DNA of 64,000 nucleotides from Tagaea sp. GTDB taxonomy: Bacteria > Pseudomonadota > Alphaproteobacteria > CACIAM-22H2. Shown here one piece after another: positions 56,939 through 64,000 of this stretch (positions within the stretch are counted from its first letter, which is position 1; the number at the start of each line of letters is the position of its first letter). The notes below the pieces were generated by a model. It was not told the DNA's origin, searched no databases, and saw only the letters and a program-made list of their open reading frames with translations. The DNA lies in contig CBDIIB010000003.1 in the NCBI GenBank assembly GCA_965279525.1, forward strand, positions 192,001-256,000, written 5' to 3'. A program made the position numbers and the translations under genes.

Positions 56939-57829
56939 ATGCTAGCTTCGGCCGCCCGCCGCCAGACGGGCTCGGGACAGATGACCGCGATCATCCTGTT
57001 CCTGCCGCCGGCCTTGATGCTCTTCACGCTTTTCGTCGTCCTGCCGATCGTCGAGGCGGCCTGGTACGGCAACTACAACTGGAACGGCTTCGGCACGCCG
57101 ACCAACTGGGTCGGCTTCGACAACTACTTCTTCGTCTTCGAGACGCGCGCCTTCGGCCTCGCGCTGCGCAACAACCTGCTGATCATCGTCGTCTCGCTGC
57201 TGATCCAGCTGCCGCTGGCACTGGCACTTGCCCTGATGCTGGCCGAGAAGTTCCGCGGCGCCGTTTTCCTGCGCATGCTGTTCTTCCTGCCCTATGTCCT
57301 CGCGGAGGTCGCGACGGGCCTGATTTTCAGCTTCGTCTATGACGGCGACTACGGGCTGCTGGCCTCGATCTACCGGCTGTTCGGCGCCGAAGCGCCGCAT
57401 CTGCTGGCGAGCACGCAGACCTCGATGCTGGCGATCCTGATCGTCATCGTGTGGAAGTATTTCGGCTTCCACATGATGCTCTTCATCGCGGCCCTGCAGG
57501 GCCAAGACCGCAATCTGGTCGAGGCCGCGCGCATCGACGGCGCTTCGCGCTGGCAGGTGCTGCGGTTCATCTCGATCCCGCTGCTCTACCCCACGATCCG
57601 CCTGTCGGTCTTCTTCGCGGTCGTCGGCTCGCTGCAGCTTTTCGATCTCGTCATGCCGCTGACGCGCGGCGGACCGGCGGACTCCTCGCAGACGATGGTG
57701 AGCTTCCTCTATTCGCACGGCGTCACGCGCATGCGCATCGGCTACGGCAGCGCCATCGGCGTGATCCTGTTCGTGATCTGCGCCACCTTCGCCGTCACCT
57801 ACAAGCGATGGTTCATGCGCGATGAGTGA
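56939..57829 (+). CDS. Sugar ABC permease (MalF-like)
   Basis: WVGFDNY, EAARIDGA. Confidence 0.93.
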   Translation: MLASAARRQTGSGQMTAIILFLPPALMLFTLFVVLPIVEAAWYGNYNWNGFGTPTNWVGFDNYFFVFETRAFGLALRNNLLIIVVSLLIQLPLALALALMLAEKFRGAVFLRMLFFLPYVLAEVATGLIFSFVYDGDYGLLASIYRLFGAEAPHLLASTQTSMLAILIVIVWKYFGFHMMLFIAALQGQDRNLVEAARIDGASRWQVLRFISIPLLYPTIRLSVFFAVVGSLQLFDLVMPLTRGGPADSSQTMVSFLYSHGVTRMRIGYGSAIGVILFVICATFAVTYKRWFMRDE

Positions 57830-58670
57830 CGCCGCATCCGCCCGCCGGCCGGCCGATCTCGCGGTCCTTTACCGCTGGCTGTTCCTGACCTTCGTGGCGG
57901 GGTTCGTGGCCGTGCCGCTGCTCGCCACCGTGCTGGGCGGCTTCAAGTCGCTGGGTGAACTGCGCACCAACCCGTTCGGGTGGCCGAACGAGTGGGAATG
58001 GCAGAATTACGGCGACATCCTGATGTCGCGCCGCTACTGGCAGATGCTGGGCAACTCCTTCGCGATCTCGACGATGACATCCGTGCTGGCGCTGATCGTC
58101 GCGTCGATGGCGGCGTTCGTCTTCGCGCATCTGCGCTTCTTCGGCAGCACGATGCTGCTCAACTATTTCACGATGGGGCTGCTGTTCCCGGCCGCGACCG
58201 CGATCCTGCCGCTATTCATCAAGGTGCGGGACTTGGGCCTGCTCGACACCTATTTCGGCGTGGTGCTGCCGCAGGTCGCCTTCGCGCTGGCGATGAGCAT
58301 CCTTCTGTTCCGCCGCTTCTTCAAGGACCTGCCCACCGAGTTGCTGGAGGCGGCCCTCGTCGACGGCTGCACCTATCCCAAGTTCTTCCGTTTCGTGACC
58401 CTGCCGCTGTCGCGCCCGATCCTGGCGACGGTGGGCACGATCACGTTCGTGCACAGCTGGAACGCCTATCTGGTCCCGCTCGTGATGCTCAACAGCGACG
58501 CGATGTATCCCTGGCCGCTGGGCATCATGGTCTACCAGGGCGAATACACCTCGGACTGGCACCTGATCCTCGCGTTCATCACGCTGACGATCCTGCCGAC
58601 ATTCCTGCTTTTCCTGCTGGCGCAGAAACACATCATCGCCGGCCTCACGGCCGGTGCGGTAAAAGGCTGA
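57822..58670 (+). CDS. Sugar ABC permease (MalG-like)
   Basis: EAALVDG, GLTAGAVKG. Confidence 0.93.
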   Translation: MSDAASARRPADLAVLYRWLFLTFVAGFVAVPLLATVLGGFKSLGELRTNPFGWPNEWEWQNYGDILMSRRYWQMLGNSFAISTMTSVLALIVASMAAFVFAHLRFFGSTMLLNYFTMGLLFPAATAILPLFIKVRDLGLLDTYFGVVLPQVAFALAMSILLFRRFFKDLPTELLEAALVDGCTYPKFFRFVTLPLSRPILATVGTITFVHSWNAYLVPLVMLNSDAMYPWPLGIMVYQGEYTSDWHLILAFITLTILPTFLLFLLAQKHIIAGLTAGAVKG

Positions 58671-58693
58671 ACGGACAACGACGGAGCTGGAAC

Positions 58694-59791
58694 GTGCAGA
58701 AGGTCGGAATCGGCATCATCGGATGCGGCGTGATCAGCGCCGCCTACATCAAGGCGTCAAAGAACTTCCCGATCCTCGAGATCCGGGGCGTGGCCGACAT
58801 GCGCACCGAGGCCGCCGAGAAACGCGCGGCGGAATTTGGCCTGACGGCCATGCGCATCGACCAGATGCTGAAACGCGACGACATCGACATCGTCGTCAAC
58901 CTGACCGTCCCGCTCGCGCACACCGACGTCGATCTGGTGGCGCTGAAGGCCGGCAAGCACGTCTATTCGGAAAAGCCGCTCGGCGTTAACCTCGTCGAGG
59001 CGAAGAAGGTGATGGATCTTGCCAACGAGAAGGGGCTGCGCGTCGGCTGCGCGCCCGACACGTTCCTGGGCGGCGGCCACCAGACGGCGCGCGCCCTGAT
59101 CGACCAGGGCGCCATCGGCACGCCGGTCGCCGGCAGCGCCTTCTTCATGTGCCCTGGGCACGAGCGCTGGCATCCGGCCCCCGGCTTCTACTACTTGCGC
59201 GGCGGCGGGCCGATGCTCGACATGGGCCCCTATTACATCACCGATCTCGTCCAGCTGCTCGGGCCCGTGGCGAGCGTGATGGGATCGACCGCGCGCCCGC
59301 GCGAGCAGCGCATGATCACGAGCGAGCCGCTCAAGGGCACGATGATGCCGGTCGAGGTGTCGACCCATGTGGCCGGCATGCTCGAGTTCCGCAACGGCGC
59401 CGTCATCACGATCGCGATGAGCTTCGACGTGCCCAAGCACCGGCACACGCCGATCGAGATCTACGGCGACAAGGGCGCCATCCTCGTGCCGGACCCCAAC
59501 CGCTTCGGCGGCGAGGTATCGGTCGCGAAGACCGGCGGCGACTGGGAAGTCCAGCCGCACACGCACGGCTATACCGAAGGTGAATTCCGCTCCATCGGGA
59601 TCGCCGACATGGCGACGGGCCTGCGCGCCAATCGGCCGCACCGGGCGAACGGCGCGCTGGCGTTCCACGTGCTGGAGGTGATGGAAGCCTTCCAGAAATC
59701 GTCCGACGAAGGTCGGCGCGTCAAGATCGAGAGCACGGTCGAGCGGCCTGCGGCACTTGCCGCCGGGCTCTCGAGCGGCAAGCTGGAGTAG
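58694..59791 (+). CDS. Gfo/Idh/MocA family oxidoreductase
   Basis: GIIGCGVIS, GKHVYSEKP, APDTFLG, DMGPYY; GTG start with GGAG RBS. Confidence 0.92.
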   Translation: MQKVGIGIIGCGVISAAYIKASKNFPILEIRGVADMRTEAAEKRAAEFGLTAMRIDQMLKRDDIDIVVNLTVPLAHTDVDLVALKAGKHVYSEKPLGVNLVEAKKVMDLANEKGLRVGCAPDTFLGGGHQTARALIDQGAIGTPVAGSAFFMCPGHERWHPAPGFYYLRGGGPMLDMGPYYITDLVQLLGPVASVMGSTARPREQRMITSEPLKGTMMPVEVSTHVAGMLEFRNGAVITIAMSFDVPKHRHTPIEIYGDKGAILVPDPNRFGGEVSVAKTGGDWEVQPHTHGYTEGEFRSIGIADMATGLRANRPHRANGALAFHVLEVMEAFQKSSDEGRRVKIESTVERPAALAAGLSSGKLE

Positions 59792-59796
59792 GGCGG

Positions 59797-60453
59797 ATGG
59801 CACAGAAGAAACCGAGCGCGATGATCGTCTGGGGCGGCTGGAACGGCCATGACCCGGACCTTTGCGCGTCGATCTACCGGACCTGGCTGACGGCGGCCGG
59901 CTACGACGTGCGCGTCGAGACGACGACGGCCGCCTTCGCCGACCCGGCGATCCACGAGCTGTCGCTGATCGTGCCGATCTACACGATGTCGAAGATCGAG
60001 AAGGCCGAGGCGCTGAACCTGTGCGCGGCGGTGCAGGGCGGGGTGGGGCTCGCGGGCCATCACGGCGGCATGTGCGACGCGTTCCGCGATTCGGTCGAGT
60101 ACCAGTTCATGTGCGGCGGCCAGTGGGTGGCGCATCCGGGCAACATCATCGATTTCCGCGTCAACGTGACCAGGCCCGACGATCCGGTGATGCAGGGCCT
60201 GACGGATTTCGACTACCGGTCGGAGCATTATTACATGCATGTCGATCCGGCCATCGAAGTGCTGGCGACGACGAAGTTCTCGGGCGAGCATGCGCCGTGG
60301 GTGGAAGGCGTGGTGATGCCGGTCGTGTGGAAGAAGCGTTTCGGCAAGGGCCGCGTGTTCTATTGCACGCTCGGCCACCGGGCGTACGAGCTCGACATCC
60401 CCGAGATGAAGCAGATCATGACCCGCGGGATGGCGTGGGCGGCGCGCACGTGA
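59797..60453 (+). CDS. ThuA-like domain protein
   Basis: VWGGWNGHDP, GLAGHHGG, GQWVAHPG, SEHYYMH, GRVFYCTLGH. Confidence 0.88.
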   Translation: MAQKKPSAMIVWGGWNGHDPDLCASIYRTWLTAAGYDVRVETTTAAFADPAIHELSLIVPIYTMSKIEKAEALNLCAAVQGGVGLAGHHGGMCDAFRDSVEYQFMCGGQWVAHPGNIIDFRVNVTRPDDPVMQGLTDFDYRSEHYYMHVDPAIEVLATTKFSGEHAPWVEGVVMPVVWKKRFGKGRVFYCTLGHRAYELDIPEMKQIMTRGMAWAART

Positions 60454-60455
60454 GA

Positions 60456-61499
60456 ATGCAGGCGTCAAACCCGGTCGCGAAGGTCACGCTCGAGGACGTC
60501 GCGCGCGAGGCCGGCGTATCGCTTGCGACCGCCGACCGGGTGGTCAACAAGCGGCCGGGCGTGCGCGACCGGACGGTCGTGCGCGTCGAGACCGCGGTCG
60601 TCAAGCTCGGCTACCGGCCGGACCTGGCCGCGGCCCGGCTCGCGCGCAACAAGAGCTTCCGTTTCGCCTTCATCCTGCCGGTCGGTGACAACACCTTCAT
60701 GACGGATCTTGCCGAGCAGGTCCGCCAGTCGACGGCGTGGCTCGCGGCCCAGCGCGCCTTCGTCGACACGCTGCATGTCGACGTCTTCGATCCCGACGTG
60801 ATCGGGCGTGCGCTCGAAGACCTTCCGCCGGTCTATGACGGCGTGGCCGTCGTCGCCCTCGACCATCCGCGCGTGCGCATCGCGATCGACGATCTGGTCG
60901 CGCGCGGCGTCAATGTCGTGACACTCGTTTCCGACGTGCCGGCCTCGCGGCGCCTGCACTATGTCGGTATCGACAATCCGGCAGCCGGCCGCACCGCCGG
61001 CACGCTGATGGGAAAGTATCTGCGCGGGCGGACCGGCAAGATCGGCGTCGTGGCCGGCTCGCTGGCCCTGCGCGACCACGCGGAACGGCATTTCGGTTTC
61101 AACCAGGTCCTGTCCGGCGAGCATCCGGGCCTGTCGGTCCTGCCCGTCCTCGAAGGGCGCGACGACAGCGCGTTGACGCGCCCGATGACGGAAAAGCTGC
61201 TGGCCGAACATCCGGACATCATCGGGCTCTACAATGTCGGGGCCGGCAACCGCGGCATCGCGGCGGCGCTCGAAGCATCGGGGCGTGCCAGCGACGTCGT
61301 ATGGATCGCGCATGAACTGACGCCCCACACGCGTCGCTTTGTCGTGCGCGGCGTGCTCGACACGATCATCAGCCAGAATGCCGGGCACGAGGCGCGCTCG
61401 GCCGGCCGGGTCCTGCTGGCCCATTGCAGCGGCGACCCGATCCTTGCCGATCAGGAGACGATCCGGATCGACATCTTCGTGCGCGACAACCTGCCCTAG
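60456..61499 (+). CDS. LacI family transcriptional regulator
   Basis: VTLEDVAREAGVSLATADRVVN; sugar-binding domain. Confidence 0.93.
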   Translation: MQASNPVAKVTLEDVAREAGVSLATADRVVNKRPGVRDRTVVRVETAVVKLGYRPDLAAARLARNKSFRFAFILPVGDNTFMTDLAEQVRQSTAWLAAQRAFVDTLHVDVFDPDVIGRALEDLPPVYDGVAVVALDHPRVRIAIDDLVARGVNVVTLVSDVPASRRLHYVGIDNPAAGRTAGTLMGKYLRGRTGKIGVVAGSLALRDHAERHFGFNQVLSGEHPGLSVLPVLEGRDDSALTRPMTEKLLAEHPDIIGLYNVGAGNRGIAAALEASGRASDVVWIAHELTPHTRRFVVRGVLDTIISQNAGHEARSAGRVLLAHCSGDPILADQETIRIDIFVRDNLP

Positions 61500-61502
61500 C
61501 CG

Positions 61503-62522
61503 TCAGGCGGCGGGCAGAATCTGCGGCTGGCCGGACCGGGCGCTCTTGAGGATCGCCTCGAGCGTCGCCGCGATGTCGACCGACTCCCCGGGCGTGGCAC
61601 CCGTCCAGTGCGCGGGACCGCGCACGATCATCTCGCGGAATGATTCGGCTTCCGCGAGGAAGCCGTTGCCGCCGGCCAGCTCGATCGTCTCGATCGCGTC
61701 GGTGACCTTCGTGCCGCGACGGATCTGCACGGTCGGCGGCCCGCCGACCGGCGGGTGGTTGAGATAGGTCGTCTCGATCGTCCCCCCATCGCCCGAGACC
61801 AGCGCATGGCGGTGATAGCCGGTCGCGAAGCTGCAGGAGACCTGCGCCAGCAGGCCGCCCGCGAACTCGAGCGTGGCCACCGTCGTGTTGTCGACACCCG
61901 TTTCGGTCCATTGTGCCGTGGCACTGACGCGCTCGGGCCGCGCGCCCGCCACCAGGCGGACGAGGCTGACCGCGTAGCTGCCAGCATCCAGAAGTGCGCC
62001 GCCGCCGACATCGGGCTTCAGGCGGATGTTCGATGGATCGGTGAAATTGACGCCGAAGCTGGAGCGGATCAGCCGGATTTTGCCGATGGCGCCGGCTGCG
62101 ACCAGTTCGGCCAGCTTCCGCGTCTGCGGCTGCGCGCGATAGGGATAGGCCTCGACGAGATGGACCTTGTGCTTGCGTGCCGCGGCGAACATCGCGACCG
62201 CCTCGGCCTCGCCCATCGCCAGCGGCTTCTCGCACAGCACGTGCTTGCCGGCCTCGGCCGCCCGGATCGACCATTCGGCATGCAGGGTGTTGGGCAACGG
62301 GTTGTAGACCGCATCGATCGCCGGATCGGCAAGCAGCGCTTCATACGATCCGAGTGCTTGGGCGATGCCGGTTTCGCTCGCGAAACGTTGCGCTTTCGCG
62401 AGGTCGCGGCTGGCGACCGTGGTGACCTTGACGGTCTTCGACGGGGCGACGCCCGCGATGAAGGCCCGGGCGATCGCCGCAGCACCGAGAATTCCGATCC
62501 GGAGGGGAGGTGTGTCTGCCAT
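61503..62522 (-). CDS. Gfo/Idh/MocA family oxidoreductase (NADP xylose/anhydrofructose dehydrogenase-like)
   Basis: IGILGAAAIA, YNPLPNTLH, GKHVLCEKP, GGGALLDAGSY. Confidence 0.92.
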   Translation of the reverse strand: MADTPPLRIGILGAAAIARAFIAGVAPSKTVKVTTVASRDLAKAQRFASETGIAQALGSYEALLADPAIDAVYNPLPNTLHAEWSIRAAEAGKHVLCEKPLAMGEAEAVAMFAAARKHKVHLVEAYPYRAQPQTRKLAELVAAGAIGKIRLIRSSFGVNFTDPSNIRLKPDVGGGALLDAGSYAVSLVRLVAGARPERVSATAQWTETGVDNTTVATLEFAGGLLAQVSCSFATGYHRHALVSGDGGTIETTYLNHPPVGGPPTVQIRRGTKVTDAIETIELAGGNGFLAEAESFREMIVRGPAHWTGATPGESVDIAATLEAILKSARSGQPQILPAA

Positions 62523-62608
62523 GCATCCAGCCTACACGATGTTGCATTGGCGTCGATACGTTCGCACAATGCGCCCGGACCGCGAGGGCAGCGCATGATG
62601 GACGGCGA

Positions 62609-63805
62609 ATGACGACGAACGATGTTCTGCCCGTGCTGGTTGCCGGCGGCGGCATCGGCGGCCTCGCGGCAGCGCTGGCGCTGGTGCGCCGCGGTTTTCC
62701 GGTGAAAGTGCTCGAACAATCGCCCGAGATCGGCGAGATCGGGGCCGGCATCCAGCTTGGCCCCAACGCGTTCGCGGCACTCGACGCGCTGGGCGTGGGC
62801 GCAAATGCGCGCGCTCGTGCGGTCTATACCGACTACATGGTCATGCATGACGCGATCGACGAATCCCGGGTCGGCCTGATCCCGACCGGCGACGCGTTCC
62901 GCGCCCGGTTCGGCAATCCTTATGCGGTCATCCACCGGATGGACGTGCACATGTCGCTGCTCGAAGGCGTCAAGGCGACGGGTCGGGTCGAGTTCCTGAC
63001 GTCGACCCGCGTCGAACGCGTCGAACAGGACGATGGCGGCGTGACGGCCTGGGACCGGTCGGGCCAGGCACATCGCGGTTCGGCGCTGGTCGGCGCCGAC
63101 GGCGTCAAGTCGGTCGTCCGCCAGCAATATGTCGGCGATCCCGCGCGCGTGACCGGCCATGTCGTCTACCGCGCTGTCGTCGACAAGGACGCGTTCCCGG
63201 CCGACCTGCGCTGGAACGCGGCCAGTATCTGGGTCGGTCCGAACTGCCATCTCGTGCATTATCCATTGCGCGGCGGCGAGCAATACAACGTCGTCGTCAC
63301 GTTCCACAGCCGCAAGCAGGAGGAATGGAGTGTCACCGACGGAAGTGCCGAGGAGGTCCGCAGCTATTTCGCCGAGGTCTGCCCGAAGGCACGCCAGCTC
63401 ATCGAGCTTCCCAAAAGCTGGCGGCGCTGGGCGACCGCCGACCGCGATCCGATCGGCCGCTGGAGCTTCGGCCGGGCCACGCTGCTGGGGGATGCCGCCC
63501 ACCCGACCACGCAATACATGGCGCAGGGGGCCTGCATGGCGTTGGAAGACGCCGTGACGCTGGGAGAGGCGCTGCGCGCGACCGGCGACGATCCCGTGGT
63601 GGCCTTCGATCTCTATCAGCGCTCGCGGATCGCGCGCACGGCGCGCATCGTGCTGTCGTCGCGCGAGATGGGCCGTCTCTATCATGCCAGCGGCGTCGAG
63701 CGGCTCGTGCGCAACGAATTCTGGAAGGACCGGACGCCCGAGCGCTTCTACGACGCGCTCGAATGGCTTTATGGCTGGAAAGTCGAGACCTGCCTGGCCC
63801 GCTGA
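62609..63805 (+). CDS. 3-hydroxybenzoate 6-monooxygenase (FAD-dependent)
   Basis: GGGIGG, EIGAGIQLGPNA, RFGNPYAVIHR, CHLVHYPLRGG, GDAAHP-QYMAQGACMALED. Confidence 0.88.
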   Translation: MTTNDVLPVLVAGGGIGGLAAALALVRRGFPVKVLEQSPEIGEIGAGIQLGPNAFAALDALGVGANARARAVYTDYMVMHDAIDESRVGLIPTGDAFRARFGNPYAVIHRMDVHMSLLEGVKATGRVEFLTSTRVERVEQDDGGVTAWDRSGQAHRGSALVGADGVKSVVRQQYVGDPARVTGHVVYRAVVDKDAFPADLRWNAASIWVGPNCHLVHYPLRGGEQYNVVVTFHSRKQEEWSVTDGSAEEVRSYFAEVCPKARQLIELPKSWRRWATADRDPIGRWSFGRATLLGDAAHPTTQYMAQGACMALEDAVTLGEALRATGDDPVVAFDLYQRSRIARTARIVLSSREMGRLYHASGVERLVRNEFWKDRTPERFYDALEWLYGWKVETCLAR

Positions 63806-63891
63806 GCGACCGTTTCCTTGACCACGACTCCCCGCAGAAGCTGTACGATGCCGCCAGGTAGAACCGCCGCCCCTCTTGAGGAGAAGTCCAC

Positions 63892-64000
63892 GTGACGAAA
63901 CGGATGCTTGCCGGACAGGTTGCGCTCGTGACCGGTGCCGGGCGTGGCCTTGGCCGGGCCTTCGCCGAACGCCTTGCTTCACTCGGCTGCGACGTTGCAG
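63892..64000 (+). CDS. SDR family oxidoreductase, 5' part only
   Basis: GAGGAG RBS; manual translation MTKRMLAGQVALVTGAGRGLGRAFAERLASLGCDVA. Confidence 0.85.
   Translation, partial: MTKRMLAGQVALVTGAGRGLGRAFAERLASLGCDVA

Noticed and set aside
11877-61499. Apparent N-terminal extensions or fusions in the ORF track (e.g. 11877, 13561, 21375, 28477-30507, 57980, 59862)
   Set aside because: Artefacts of longest-ORF calling. True starts lie at ATGA/TGATG overlaps or RBS-preceded codons further in.
62609-63805. Link between the 3-hydroxybenzoate hydroxylase and aryl polyene starter supply
   Set aside because: It is 40 kb away, on the other side of the putative att site, and the enzyme consumes rather than makes 3-hydroxybenzoate.
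1-64000. CRISPR array, rRNA, intact transposase or integrase
   Set aside because: No regularly spaced repeats and no such genes seen; the window is almost fully accounted for by the listed CDSs.

Overview
GC-rich bacterial DNA, probably from an alphaproteobacterium (inferred from the PutR-PutA pair, a Caulobacter XylB-like SDR and rhizobial-type ABC clusters). It is a mosaic of accessory modules. (1) 1-8.3 kb: ROK-regulated sugar-type ABC operon with a non-canonical argininosuccinate-lyase-family C-N lyase and a PIG-L deacetylase. (2) 8.5-23.1 kb: aryl polyene (APE) type II PKS cluster (ApeC-ApeR plus PPTase and lipoprotein) with no methyltransferase or halogenase. It is followed by an IS3-like left-end scar and a decayed 3' half of a tRNA (Lys-CTT-like) that looks like an island att site. 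(3) 23.4-27.1 kb: CoxMSL-order molybdenum hydroxylase that is not a CO dehydrogenase. (4) 27.2-39.6 kb: MocR-regulated catabolic cluster (two DAO-family oxidases, GMC oxidoreductase, enolase-superfamily enzyme, ALDH, Pot-type ABC). (5) 39.9-49.1 kb: an 8-gene envelope operon, the best candidate for an undescribed system. It encodes a MotA/TolQ/ExbB channel, two ExbD/MotB-like Asp-bearing TM-coiled-coil-vWA proteins, an FHA-like/PEGA/FGE-fold protein, a TPR-PEGA protein, a lipoprotein and two secreted proteins. (6) 49.2-54.7 kb: putR-putA, aroE and a nitrilase-family hydrolase. (7) 54.7-62.5 kb: LacI-regulated sugar ABC/Gfo-Idh-MocA/ThuA cluster. (8) A 3-hydroxybenzoate 6-hydroxylase and a partial SDR. 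No rRNA, intact tRNA, CRISPR array or intact transposase/integrase was seen. All calls come from motif recognition by eye; no searches were run.
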